A stretch of 64,000 nucleotides of DNA, from assembly GCA_964630465.1 (NCBI GenBank), contig CAZVUU010000002.1, forward strand, positions 19,687-83,686. The letters run 5' to 3'. Origin of the DNA: an uncultured Christensenella sp. (GTDB lineage: Bacteria; Bacillota; Clostridia; Christensenellales; Aristaeellaceae). A program made the position numbers and the translations under genes. Of this stretch, positions 19,115-28,694 are shown one piece after another; position 1 is the stretch's first letter; every line of letters starts with the position of its first letter. The notes beneath the pieces are model-generated. The model had not been told where the DNA came from and did no database searches. It saw only the letters and a list, made by a program, of their open reading frames with translations.

Positions 19115-20079
19115 GTGCTGTACTCGGCATTGATACTAGTTGCTACACGACTTCCTGCGCATTGGCGGATGAAGATTTAAGCCTTCTGAATGCCGAAAGG
19201 ATGCTTCTTCCGGTCAAAGAAGGAATGTGCGGCCTACGGCAAAGTGAGGCCGTTTTTCTTCATTTAAAGCAGCTTCCGCAAGTTCTAAAGTCGCTTATGT
19301 CCGGCAATGATCGGCATATCGCTGCTGTCTGCGTATCATCAAAACCGATTGACGGCGAAGGCTCTTATATGCCCGTTTTTCAAGCAGGTTTGTCCATGGC
19401 AAAGTCTATCGCGGCATCATTGAAAGTGCCTTGCTATGAAACAACACATCAGCGCGGGCATCTTGCCGCGGCACAGATAGGATGCAAGCCATTGAAGGGC
19501 GATTATGCGGCGATGCATCTGTCTGGCGGAACGACGGACTTGCTGATTATATCGGGGGAGCGGTTGACAAGGTTTTCATCCTCGCTTGATTTGCCGATGG
19601 GCCAATTGATAGACCGCGTAGGCGTGCGTCTTGGATTGCCTTTCCCCGCAGGGCCTTCGCTGGAACAGCTTGCTGCGCTGGGAAAGGCAAAGGGCCGTTA
19701 TGGAGTGAGCATCGATGACGGCGGATGCCATGTGTCAGGTGCTGAAGCACAGGCAATGCGAGACATTGACCGTGCTGCTGTCAGCGAAGAGGATATCGCC
19801 GCGGAGGTATTTGACTTTATCAGCCGGACAGTTTTAGGGATGCTGAACCGCGTTAAAGAACACAGCGGAATCAGAGAAGCGCTCTTGATCGGCGGTGTAG
19901 CCTCATCAGAACTTCTGCGTGTTATGCTGACGCAGCGCGTGAAAGCGAGGCGAAGTGATTTGGACATCAGGTTCGGTGCGCCTGAATATTCAGGCGACAA
20001 CGCAGCCGGTGTCGCCATCATTGGCGCACGGCAGCACTTTACACATTCTAAGGAGGGAGAACATGGCAAAGATACTTGA
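19111..20079 (+). CDS. Kae1/TsaD (Gcp, peptidase M22) superfamily paralogue of unknown function
   Basis: ASKHA N-terminus LGIDTSCYTT, metal-site HQRGH, SGGTTD, GGVASS and C-terminal SGDNAAGVA. It lacks the canonical TsaD YGGVVPE segment. 4-nt overlap with nusB and 17-nt overlap with folD. Confidence 0.7.
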   Translation: MSAVLGIDTSCYTTSCALADEDLSLLNAERMLLPVKEGMCGLRQSEAVFLHLKQLPQVLKSLMSGNDRHIAAVCVSSKPIDGEGSYMPVFQAGLSMAKSIAASLKVPCYETTHQRGHLAAAQIGCKPLKGDYAAMHLSGGTTDLLIISGERLTRFSSSLDLPMGQLIDRVGVRLGLPFPAGPSLEQLAALGKAKGRYGVSIDDGGCHVSGAEAQAMRDIDRAAVSEEDIAAEVFDFISRTVLGMLNRVKEHSGIREALLIGGVASSELLRVMLTQRVKARRSDLDIRFGAPEYSGDNAAGVAIIGARQHFTHSKEGEHGKDT

Positions 20080-20908
20080 CGGTAAACTCATGGCAGAAGA
20101 ACTGACAAAAGACCAGGCAAGCCGTGTAGCCGATCTGAGGGGAAAAGGCATCGTTCCCGGTCTGGCTGTCGTACTTGTAGGCGAAGATCCTGCCAGCCAA
20201 ATCTACGTTCGCAACAAAGGCATTGCCTGCGAAACTGTCGGAATTTACTCCAAAACGATCCGCATGGATGAGTCATCAACTCAGAAGGAGGTTATCGCTG
20301 TGATCGATGCCCTCAATAGCGATGATGCCATTCATGGCATTTTGGTGCAGCTTCCTCTGCCGCGGCATCTCGATGAAAGCGCTGTGTTGTCACGTATTTT
20401 GCCCGAGAAGGATGTCGATGGTTTTCATATCAGCAACTCGGGAAAACTGTTTTCAGGCCAGGGAGGTGTTGTGCCCTGTACCCCAAAGGGAATAATTTAT
20501 ATGCTGAAACAGGGAGGCGTTGAGCTGTCCGGAAAAGATGCTGTAGTGATTGGCAGATCCAATATAGTTGGAAAGCCTGTGGCAATACTGCTTTTGAATG
20601 AAAACTGTACGGTCACTGTTTGTCATTCACGTACGACGAATTTAAAAGAGCATTGCAGGCGGGCAGATATTCTCGTGGCAGCCATCGGCAAGCCGCGCTT
20701 TGTGACTGCTGATATGGTTAAATCCGGTGCTGCTGTAGTTGATGTCGGCATTAACAGAGTGGACGGCAAGGTAGTCGGTGATGTCGATTATGAGGCTGTC
20801 AGCCAGGTTGCCGGTTATATAACGCCTGTACCGGGCGGAGTTGGGAAACTGACGATCAGCATGCTGATAGAAAACACATTGGAGGGCGCATGCAGGCAAA
20901 CGCGTTAA
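20063..20908 (+). CDS. folD: bifunctional methylenetetrahydrofolate dehydrogenase/cyclohydrolase FolD
   Basis: N-terminus MAKILDGK and motifs GILVQLPLP, PCTPKG and GRSNIVGKP. GGAGGGAG RBS upstream of ATG 20063. Confidence 0.95.
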   Translation: MAKILDGKLMAEELTKDQASRVADLRGKGIVPGLAVVLVGEDPASQIYVRNKGIACETVGIYSKTIRMDESSTQKEVIAVIDALNSDDAIHGILVQLPLPRHLDESAVLSRILPEKDVDGFHISNSGKLFSGQGGVVPCTPKGIIYMLKQGGVELSGKDAVVIGRSNIVGKPVAILLLNENCTVTVCHSRTTNLKEHCRRADILVAAIGKPRFVTADMVKSGAAVVDVGINRVDGKVVGDVDYEAVSQVAGYITPVPGGVGKLTISMLIENTLEGACRQTR

Positions 20909-22095
20909 GCGTATCTGACTTAAATGAATATGTCCGCCGCTCTCTTGCGGGTGACCCCATGCTGCAAGGCATTGCCGTTCGCGGTGAAATCAGCAATTTT
21001 CGCCCCTATGCCTCCGGTCACTGGTATTTTTCATTAAAGGACGAGGAAAGCCGCATCGCTTGTGTGATGTTCAGACAGCACAATGCCTACCTCGCTCTCA
21101 AGCCCAAAGATGGCATGAGAGTAGTGCTGATCGGTTCCGCCGGACTATATACCACAAGCGGAAGCTATCAATTTTATGCCGAAACAATGCTGCAGGATGG
21201 AGTAGGTGAGTTATATCAGCGATATCAGGCATTGAAGGACAAACTGCTTAAAGAAGGGCTGTTTGATGTCTCCCGAAAGCGCCCTTTGCCCTTGCTGCCT
21301 AAAGCGGTGGGCATCATCACCTCAGCTTCAGGCGCTGTTATCCATGATATTAAGACAGTGTCAGCCAGGAGGTTTCCCGGGATACCTCTTATCCTGCGCC
21401 CTTCAAAGGTCCAGGGAGAAGGCGCAAAAGAAGATTTGGCATCTGCTTTGCGGGAGCTGTCAGAAATTGACGAGATTGATGTCATCATCATCGGCCGCGG
21501 GGGCGGAACGATGGAAGACCTGTGGGCTTTTAACGAAGAAATTGTTGTCAGAGCAATAGTCGCCTGTCCAAAGCCGATTATCTCGGCGATTGGACATGAA
21601 ACAGATACGACGCTGTGTGACTACGCGGCAGATATGCGCGCGCCCACACCTTCTGCGGCTGCTGAGCTTGCAGTGCCTGACAGGCTGGAGTTGCTCCGGC
21701 GGGTCGATTCCTTAAATAGCAGGATTTTTCAGGGAGCACAGAAAATTATCCTGGAACAGCGGGCGAAAGTGGAAGAATTGATAAAAAATCTGTCCTCTCA
21801 CAACCCGCAAATTTCTTTGGAACGCATGCTGCACCAAAACGACAATGCGAGGGTAGCCATTCAAACATTGTTTGATCAGGCCTTGCAGAGCCTAAAGTCA
21901 CGCGTAGAAAAGCTTAGCGGGTCTCTAACTGCCCTGGGACCCGGCAGCACCTTGAAACGGGGTTATGCCATGGCTGTTATTGACGGGAAGGCATTGACCA
22001 AGGTTTCCGACTTGCCTGAGCGATTTGATTTGATCTTACAAGATGGACGAGCACAGGTTCAGGTGCTTGATAAGGAGAGCGGAGAGTTTATATGA
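20890..22095 (+). CDS. xseA: exodeoxyribonuclease VII large subunit
   Basis: OB-fold N-terminus (VRGEISNF..ASGHWYFSLKD) and GRGGGTMEDLWAFNEE. Confidence 0.94.
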   Translation: MQANALSVSDLNEYVRRSLAGDPMLQGIAVRGEISNFRPYASGHWYFSLKDEESRIACVMFRQHNAYLALKPKDGMRVVLIGSAGLYTTSGSYQFYAETMLQDGVGELYQRYQALKDKLLKEGLFDVSRKRPLPLLPKAVGIITSASGAVIHDIKTVSARRFPGIPLILRPSKVQGEGAKEDLASALRELSEIDEIDVIIIGRGGGTMEDLWAFNEEIVVRAIVACPKPIISAIGHETDTTLCDYAADMRAPTPSAAAELAVPDRLELLRRVDSLNSRIFQGAQKIILEQRAKVEELIKNLSSHNPQISLERMLHQNDNARVAIQTLFDQALQSLKSRVEKLSGSLTALGPGSTLKRGYAMAVIDGKALTKVSDLPERFDLILQDGRAQVQVLDKESGEFI

Positions 22096-22322
22096 GCGAG
22101 AAAACATCTAATATAGGATTTGAACAAAAATTGGAAATGCTGGAAGCGCTGGTTAAAAAGATGGAGAGCGGCAACATGAAGCTGGACGAGCTGCTTGATG
22201 AGTATGCGACAGCCATGCGAATTTCAAAAGAGCTGTCTCATGAGTTGGATGCAGCTCAGGCAAAAATGCTGATCCTGAAGGAAGGACTGGTAAAGCCTGC
22301 GGAGGACAAGGATGGGATTTGA
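22092..22322 (+). CDS. xseB: exodeoxyribonuclease VII small subunit
   Basis: 76-aa helical protein (FEQKLEMLEALVKKMESGNMKLDE) directly after xseA, with overlapping stop/start. Confidence 0.9.
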   Translation: MSEKTSNIGFEQKLEMLEALVKKMESGNMKLDELLDEYATAMRISKELSHELDAAQAKMLILKEGLVKPAEDKDGI

Positions 22323-23202
22323 CCGGGAGCGGGAAACATATATCCAGCTAATAGAATTTGCTCTTCGCGATGCATTGCCCGAACCATCTGCCGAATGGCC
22401 TCAAAAAGGTATACCGATAAACTTGAATGATGCCATGAGATACAGCCTCCTGGCGGGAGGAAAGCGATTGCGGCCTATGCTGCTTTTGGCCGCCTATCAG
22501 CTGCTTGAAGACGATTTGGTTCCCGCCTTGCCCTTTGCCTGCGCGATCGAAATGATTCATACTTATTCATTGATTCATGATGATTTGCCTAGCATGGACA
22601 ATGACAGTATGCGCAGGGGAAAGCCCACGAACCATAAAGTGTTTGGAGAGGCCGTTGCCATACTGAGCGGAGATGCGCTGCTGAATATGGCCTATGAAAT
22701 TATGGCAAAAAGCAATCATCCTCTTGCGATAAAGGCTCTGTCAATGATCGCTGAGGCCGCAGGAGCCAGCGGTATGATTGCCGGGCAATCAGCTGACATC
22801 TGGATGGAGGGCAAGCTGCCTGATGAAGGTATGCTCCGTTATATTCACGAACATAAAACAGCTGATCTGATCACAGCGCCTGTAAAAGCAGGCTTGTTGC
22901 TGGCAGGGGCAGATCTTCATCAGATCCAGGCGGGCACTGCCTATGGCTATCATCTGGGCCTGGCCTTTCAAATCATGGATGATTTGCTTGATGAGCTCGG
23001 GGATGAAGAGGCCATGGGGAAAAAGCTTCGTAAGGATGAAGCTGCGGGCAAGCTGACATGGCCCGGGCTGTACGGCATTGACCGGACGAGAGATGAAGCT
23101 CACGAACAAACAATTTTGGCTGTGAATGCTTTGGAACCCTTCGGACGAAGAGGAGAGTTCTTAAGGTGGCTCGCACAAAGCAACCTGCATAGAGCGGCCT
23201 GA
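22312..23202 (+). CDS. ispA: polyprenyl (farnesyl/geranylgeranyl) diphosphate synthase
   Basis: Two Asp-rich motifs, IHDDLPSMDNDSMRRGKP and IMDDLLD. Confidence 0.92.
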   Translation: MGFDRERETYIQLIEFALRDALPEPSAEWPQKGIPINLNDAMRYSLLAGGKRLRPMLLLAAYQLLEDDLVPALPFACAIEMIHTYSLIHDDLPSMDNDSMRRGKPTNHKVFGEAVAILSGDALLNMAYEIMAKSNHPLAIKALSMIAEAAGASGMIAGQSADIWMEGKLPDEGMLRYIHEHKTADLITAPVKAGLLLAGADLHQIQAGTAYGYHLGLAFQIMDDLLDELGDEEAMGKKLRKDEAAGKLTWPGLYGIDRTRDEAHEQTILAVNALEPFGRRGEFLRWLAQSNLHRAA

Positions 23203-23236
23203 AACGATAGCTTATTTAATTCAGAGGTGAAGGGTT

Positions 23237-23674
23237 TTGACGGATCTGTTAAGCAATGATATCCTAATGTGTGCGATTACTTCTTTTGTAATCGCGCAGT
23301 CCTTGAAAGTGTTGATTGATTGGGCAGTTAACCGCAACTTTGATTTCAGAAGGACATTCGGTATGGGCGGTATGCCCAGCTCCCACACAGCCTTCCTTGT
23401 CGCACTGACTTCCATGATCGCCTTAAGGGAAGGGATGGGATCTACATCTTTTGCTATTTCTGCCGCTTTGACCATGGTGGTTATCTATGACGCAATGGGT
23501 GTCAGACTCCAGACCGGAAAGCAAAGCAAAGTCATTAACCGAATCCTCCACAGGATGCTGGTAGAAGGCCAGCCGCTTGGTGAGTCTGATCTTCAGGAGC
23601 TGATCGGCCATACCCCTACGGAAGTATTCTTTGGTGCAATCATCGGATTATTAATTCCCGTATTTTTTCGATAG
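23237..23674 (+). CDS. divergent PAP2 / DUF212 (acid phosphatase, vanadium-haloperoxidase-related) membrane protein
   Basis: GGMPSSHTAF motif and about 4 TM segments, resembling the YuiD family. TTG start after GAGGTGA. Confidence 0.75.
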   Translation: MTDLLSNDILMCAITSFVIAQSLKVLIDWAVNRNFDFRRTFGMGGMPSSHTAFLVALTSMIALREGMGSTSFAISAALTMVVIYDAMGVRLQTGKQSKVINRILHRMLVEGQPLGESDLQELIGHTPTEVFFGAIIGLLIPVFFR

Positions 23675-23686
23675 GAGATAAGAAAC

Positions 23687-24244
23687 ATGGATCAGTTTAT
23701 GGAAGAAGTCGCCAGCAAACGGAACAAAGGGGCAGAGAATATGATGCTCGTTTTAGCATGGGCAGCCATGATCATGTCCGGCATCATTGCGATGTTCATG
23801 TTCAACCTGATCAGCATGGCCATCAGCACCCAGGGATTCAGCGCGGGCATGATACTGGATATCGCCATCACAGTGGTGATGATTGCTGCCGCTGTTCTGA
23901 TTTTTCTGTTTAAAGACAGGATCAAGACGGAGTTTGAATACACCTTCACAAATGGAATCCTTGATTTTGCCAAGGTATTCAACAACCGTAAACGTAAAGC
24001 GATAGGCACCATGAACGTGAAAAACGTTGAAGCGGTCGGCATGGTCAACTCCGGATCCTTTAAACGGTATCTGAACATGCCGGGGATAAAGCGCCTGAAC
24101 TGGTTTATCAATCGAGACGCGGAGCTGTTTTATCTTTATTTTCAGAGAGACGGCGCCAAGTCATTGCTGGTCATGGAACCCAGCGAAGCAATGCGCAACA
24201 TGATTATCCGCGCTGCCGGACAAGGGAAGTTTCAGAAGAATTGA
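23687..24244 (+). CDS. hypothetical membrane protein (two TM segments plus a basic C-terminal soluble domain)
   Basis: 185-aa ORF. TM helices MMLVLAWAAMIMSGIIAMFMF and ILDIAITVVMIAAAVLIFLF. No motif recognised. Its stop overlaps the TTG start of the downstream desulfurase by 4 nt. Confidence 0.6.
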   Translation: MDQFMEEVASKRNKGAENMMLVLAWAAMIMSGIIAMFMFNLISMAISTQGFSAGMILDIAITVVMIAAAVLIFLFKDRIKTEFEYTFTNGILDFAKVFNNRKRKAIGTMNVKNVEAVGMVNSGSFKRYLNMPGIKRLNWFINRDAELFYLYFQRDGAKSLLVMEPSEAMRNMIIRAAGQGKFQKN

Positions 24245-25395
24245 ACCAAAAACACAAGGTATATCTTGATAACAGCGCGACAACACGTCCCGGTGACAGC
24301 GTGATTGAAGCGATGCGGAAATCGATGGCGGAGCAATACTACAATCCGTCATCCTTATATGGTCCCTCACTCGAAGTGGAAAGATTGATGAACGACTGCC
24401 GCGGCAGCATTATGTCGGTTTTACGTTCCGAAAACGGCCGCGTTGTGTTTACCTCCGGCGGCACTGAGGCGGACAATCTGGCGATTATCGGCGGCATGGC
24501 TAACCGACAGCCCGGGAAGGTGCTGTATGGAGCGGGAGAGCACCCGGCAGTTATTGAAAGCTGCAAGTCGCTGGCGAACCGGGGTTTTGTCGTCGATGAA
24601 ATTCCGCTTGATGAGCGCGGATTGATCAGCCTTGAAAAACTTGAAAGCATGCTTACTCCGGACACCCGGCTGATCTGCGTGATGCAGATCAACAATGAAA
24701 CCGGCGCTGTACAGCCATTGAAAGAAGCGGTTTCTTTGAGAGACGGGATCTGCCCCGAGGCTTTTTTTCATGTGGACGGGGTCCAGGGCTTTTTACGCCA
24801 TGATTGCCACGTATCAGATATCGGAATTGACAGTTACGCTCTTTCAGCTCACAAAATCCACGGCCCTAAAGGAATCGGTGCGCTTTGGATTAATGAGCGC
24901 ATGCGTCTGCAGCCTTTGCTGATGGGGGGAGGCCAGGAAGGCACCTTGAGATCGGGGACTGAAAACACACCCGGCATCGCCGGTCTGTTTGCCGCGATAA
25001 AAGCTTACCCAAAGCACCGGAATATGCGGGAAATAAAGCTGAGTTTATATGACATGCTTCAAGATACCGTAGCGCAAATGAAGCTTAACGGACCCGATCC
25101 CCGTTCTCCTCAATCAGCCGATCATATTATCAATCTCTCTTTTCCGCCTGTACGGGCACAAACCATGCTGCATGCTTTGGAAGGGATGGGAATATTAGTC
25201 GGCAATGGGTCTGCATGCTCTTCGAGGAGGCAGAAGAGCAGTCATGTTCTTCGCGCAATGAAGATATCGCCCTCTGCGATGGAAAGTGCGATCAGGTTCA
25301 GCTTTAGCCCGTACCTGACAAAAGAGGATGTTGATTACACAGTTGATGGCCTCATCAAAAACTATGCCTTACTGAAACGCTACACCAGGCGGTAG
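24241..25395 (+). CDS. cysteine desulfurase (NifS/NifZ-like, class V aminotransferase)
   Basis: Motifs VYLDNSATTRP, PLP-lysine SAHKIHGPKG and active-site GSACSS. Paired with thiI, as in the Bacillus NifZ-ThiI arrangement. Confidence 0.9.
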   Translation: MNQKHKVYLDNSATTRPGDSVIEAMRKSMAEQYYNPSSLYGPSLEVERLMNDCRGSIMSVLRSENGRVVFTSGGTEADNLAIIGGMANRQPGKVLYGAGEHPAVIESCKSLANRGFVVDEIPLDERGLISLEKLESMLTPDTRLICVMQINNETGAVQPLKEAVSLRDGICPEAFFHVDGVQGFLRHDCHVSDIGIDSYALSAHKIHGPKGIGALWINERMRLQPLLMGGGQEGTLRSGTENTPGIAGLFAAIKAYPKHRNMREIKLSLYDMLQDTVAQMKLNGPDPRSPQSADHIINLSFPPVRAQTMLHALEGMGILVGNGSACSSRRQKSSHVLRAMKISPSAMESAIRFSFSPYLTKEDVDYTVDGLIKNYALLKRYTRR

Positions 25396-25406
25396 AAAGG
25401 AACATT

Positions 25407-26555
25407 ATGCAAGAACTGCTGATGGTTCGTTACGGGGAAATATATTTAAAGGGCCTGAATCGGCCTTATTTTCAGAATCTATTGCTTTCACGCGTAAAAA
25501 GCGCCGCGAAAGCCTTTACCTCTCACGTTGTCCTTCATGACAGCCGTATTTATATTCGGGATATGGAAGACACGGCCGGTTGTCTGAAGGCGGTACAAAA
25601 AGTATTTGGGGTGCACTCAGTATGTCCCGCGATTGAGATGGACAAGGCCGATTTCGAAGCCATCTGTGAACAGGGCTTACGGCTGATGGACGGATTGAGC
25701 GGCAGCTTCAAGGTTATGGCCCGCAGGTCTGATAAGCGCTATCCTATGGATTCACCGCAAATCTGTGCCATGGTGGGAGGGTATATTCTCCGACGCAGAA
25801 CCGATTTGAAGGTGGACGTAAAAAAACCTGATCATCTCTTAAATATAGAGATTCGTGACCAAGCTTATCTGTATGTCAAGGTATACCCCGCTCCGGGAGG
25901 CATGCCGGTTGGCAGCAACGGGAAAGCGGCCCTCTTGTTGTCCGGTGGAATTGACAGCCCCGTTGCCGGATATATGATTGCCAAACGCGGTGTGGCGATG
26001 GTAGCGGTGCATTTTTATTCCTTTCCCTATACTGGCGAACGTTCCAGGGAAAAGGTAGTGGACCTTGCCAAAATTCTTTCGGGATACTCCGGCGGTATGC
26101 GCATGTACATCGTGCCCTTCACAGATATTCAAATGCGCATCCATGAAAACTGCCCCGAAGACTATACCACGCTGATCATGAGACGGTTTATGATGCGGAT
26201 CACAGAGAGAATAGCGCAAAAAGAGGGGGCACAGGCGCTCGTAACGGGAGAGTCTATCGGCCAGGTCGCCAGCCAAACCATGAGAGCACTGGCCTGTACT
26301 GACGCTGTTGTGAACATGCCTGTCTTCAGACCGGTGATCGGATTTGATAAGATTGAGATCATTGACTACGCGCAAAAGATCGGCACCTATGAAACGTCTA
26401 ACTTGCCTTATGAAGACTGCTGTACTGTGTTTACCCCCAGACACCCTGTTACACAGCCGCGACTGGATAAAACGGAGCAAGCTGAGCAAAAAATCGAAAA
26501 CGCGCAGGAGCTGATCGATATTGCCGTCGCTGACTGTAAAATCATCAAACTTTAA
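25407..26555 (+). CDS. thiI: tRNA 4-thiouridine(8) synthase ThiI (short form, no rhodanese domain)
   Basis: THUMP-like N-terminus and PP-loop LLSGGIDSPVA. At 382 aa there is no room for a C-terminal rhodanese domain. Confidence 0.92.
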   Translation: MQELLMVRYGEIYLKGLNRPYFQNLLLSRVKSAAKAFTSHVVLHDSRIYIRDMEDTAGCLKAVQKVFGVHSVCPAIEMDKADFEAICEQGLRLMDGLSGSFKVMARRSDKRYPMDSPQICAMVGGYILRRRTDLKVDVKKPDHLLNIEIRDQAYLYVKVYPAPGGMPVGSNGKAALLLSGGIDSPVAGYMIAKRGVAMVAVHFYSFPYTGERSREKVVDLAKILSGYSGGMRMYIVPFTDIQMRIHENCPEDYTTLIMRRFMMRITERIAQKEGAQALVTGESIGQVASQTMRALACTDAVVNMPVFRPVIGFDKIEIIDYAQKIGTYETSNLPYEDCCTVFTPRHPVTQPRLDKTEQAEQKIENAQELIDIAVADCKIIKL

Positions 26556-26585
26556 TACATCACAGCAATGACGCTGTACTTTTTC

Positions 26586-26613
26586 TTGACAAATTTTGAT
26601 GAGCTTGTATAAT
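26586..26613 (+). promoter_or_regulatory. sigma-A type promoter for ylxM-ffh
   Basis: TTGACA (26586-26591), 16-nt spacer, TATAAT (26608-26613). Confidence 0.6.
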
Positions 26614-26649
26614 AGCTCTGTCAAGTAGATGTGCTTGACAGGAGGAGAC

Positions 26650-27024
26650 ATGACGGACACTGAAAGCAGGCTGGAAAGAAAGGTAGAGTATGGCATTCTT
26701 TCGTCTTTTTATGGTGCCTTGCTGACCGAACGCCAGCGTACGATGCTGAATTTATACTGCGATGAGGATCTGTCATTGGTTGAAGTAGCCCAACATCTGG
26801 GTGTAACACGGCAGTGCGTCAGCGACACACTGCAGCGAGCTTTTAAAAGGCTTGATGATCTTGAAGGAAGCATGCGTTTGTTCGTGAAATTTGACCGTCA
26901 GCGGGAGATCATGGCAGCCTGCCATAACTTGATTGAGAAAAGCTTGAAGGGAATTGACGTCTCAGGAAATCTTGAGTCGGCAGCCAGACAGCTGGCTGAT
27001 TTTCTTCGTGAGGAGGACGTATAG
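26650..27024 (+). CDS. ylxM: YlxM-type putative DNA-binding protein (UPF0122, sigma-70 region-4-like)
   Basis: HTH-like segment LSLVEVAQHLGVTRQCVSDTLQR. Conserved position directly upstream of ffh. GGAGGAG RBS. Confidence 0.85.
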   Translation: MTDTESRLERKVEYGILSSFYGALLTERQRTMLNLYCDEDLSLVEVAQHLGVTRQCVSDTLQRAFKRLDDLEGSMRLFVKFDRQREIMAACHNLIEKSLKGIDVSGNLESAARQLADFLREEDV

Positions 27025-28356
27025 ATGGCGTTTGAGGGCCTGTCGGATAAGCTGCAGCGTGCGTTTAAAAAGCTGACCGGCAAAGGTAAACTGAATGAAC
27101 AAAACATCAAGGACGCGATGCGTGAAGTTCGCATGGCGCTGTTGGAAGCGGACGTCAACTATATTGTTGTCAAGGACTTCATTAAACGAGTTACTGAACG
27201 CTGTGTCGGTACGGAGATTCTATCCTCTCTTAACGCAGGGCAGCAGGTTGTCAAGATCGTCAACGAAGAGCTGACCGAGCTGATGGGCGGAGCAAATGCC
27301 CGGCTGACCTGGTCATCTTCTCTGCCGACCGTCTACATGCTCTGCGGGCTGCAGGGCGCCGGTAAAACAACCATCGCGGCCAAACTGGCGGGGCACCTGC
27401 AAAAACAAGGGAAAAAACCTTTGCTTGCCGCCTGTGACATTTATCGTCCCGCAGCCATCAAACAGCTGCAGGTTGTAGGTGAGCGGGTAAAAGTACCGGT
27501 GTTTGAACGCGGTACGCAAGACCCGGTGTTGACATCAAAAGAAGCGGTCGAGCATGCCCGGTATTATGGCAACGATGTGTTGATCCTGGATACCGCAGGA
27601 CGTTTGCATGTTGATGAAAACCTGATGGGTGAACTCGAGCGCATCAAGGCTGCTGTCAAGCCACAGGAAATCCTGCTCGTTGTTGACGCCATGACAGGAC
27701 AGGATGCCGTTAATGTGGCCACAGCCTTTAACGACAAGCTGAGTATTGATGGCGTTATCATTACAAAGCTTGATGGTGATACGCGAGGCGGCGCGGCATT
27801 GAGTGTTCGGGCGGTAACGGGCAAGCCCATCAAGTTTGCGGGAACAGGCGAAAAGATGGATGCCTTTGAGGCGTTCCATCCCGATCGCATGGCTTCACGT
27901 ATCCTCGGCATGGGGGATGTGCTTACGCTGATTGAAAAAGCCACTGAGGCTATGGATTTAGCGGAAGCAGCGAAACAGCAAAAGGGCAAAGGCCATGAAA
28001 ATCTTTCCCTGGATGATTTTCTGGATCAGATGCAGCAGCTGAAAAAAATGGGTCCTTTGCAAAATGTTCTGGGTATGCTGCCCGGCGTCGGGAGCAAGCT
28101 AAAAGGTCTTGAGATTTCCGATGACGCCATGAAAAAGCCCGAAGCTATTATCCGCAGCATGACGGTTAAAGAACGTCGCAAGCCTGATATCCTCAACGCC
28201 AGCCGCAGAAAGCGGATAGCCGCTGGTGCGGGAGTCACCGTACAGGATGTCAACCAGCTGATGCGTCAGTTTGATCAGATGCGCAAGATGATGAAGCAGA
28301 TGATGGGCAACAAGCGCGGCATGCCGGGAAAATTCAGAATGCCCCCGTTTAACTAA
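27025..28356 (+). CDS. ffh: signal recognition particle protein Ffh
   Basis: GTPase motifs GLQGAGKTT, DTAGR and TKLDGD. Met-rich M domain at the C-terminus. Confidence 0.97.
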   Translation: MAFEGLSDKLQRAFKKLTGKGKLNEQNIKDAMREVRMALLEADVNYIVVKDFIKRVTERCVGTEILSSLNAGQQVVKIVNEELTELMGGANARLTWSSSLPTVYMLCGLQGAGKTTIAAKLAGHLQKQGKKPLLAACDIYRPAAIKQLQVVGERVKVPVFERGTQDPVLTSKEAVEHARYYGNDVLILDTAGRLHVDENLMGELERIKAAVKPQEILLVVDAMTGQDAVNVATAFNDKLSIDGVIITKLDGDTRGGAALSVRAVTGKPIKFAGTGEKMDAFEAFHPDRMASRILGMGDVLTLIEKATEAMDLAEAAKQQKGKGHENLSLDDFLDQMQQLKKMGPLQNVLGMLPGVGSKLKGLEISDDAMKKPEAIIRSMTVKERRKPDILNASRRKRIAAGAGVTVQDVNQLMRQFDQMRKMMKQMMGNKRGMPGKFRMPPFN

Positions 28357-28419
28357 GCGGTTATCATAAACATTATGATTTCCATATACACACTTTAAAT
28401 TTAGGAGGAACCAAACCAC

Positions 28420-28677
28420 ATGGCAGTCAAAATCCGTCTCAAGAGAATTGGTATGAAGAAGAAGCCCTTTTATCGCGTTGTTGTAGCCGACGAACGCACG
28501 CCCCGTGACGGTCGCTTTATCGAGGAGATCGGCACATACGATCCCATGACAAATCCCGCACAGATCAAAATCGATGTGGAAAAAGCCGCAGACTGGATTA
28601 AAAAAGGCGCCCAGCCCACGGACACCGTACGTATTCTGCTGAAGAAAGCCGGCGAGGCCGAAGCGAAAGCTGAATAA
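28420..28677 (+). CDS. rpsP: 30S ribosomal protein S16
   Basis: N-terminus [24 protein letters not shown]. Confidence 0.96.
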   Translation: MAVKIRLKRIGMKKKPFYRVVVADERTPRDGRFIEEIGTYDPMTNPAQIKIDVEKAADWIKKGAQPTDTVRILLKKAGEAEAKAE

Positions 28678-28694
28678 GGAAAAAGGAGCATCAG

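Noticed and set aside
26562-26585. Possible terminator after thiI
   Set aside because: The stem is only 5 bp (ACAGC/GCTGT) before the T-run. That is not convincing enough to list as a feature.
25839-26696. 285-aa ORF on the minus strand
   Set aside because: It is antisense to thiI and runs through the ylxM promoter. Composition is shadow-frame-like and there is no RBS or motif.
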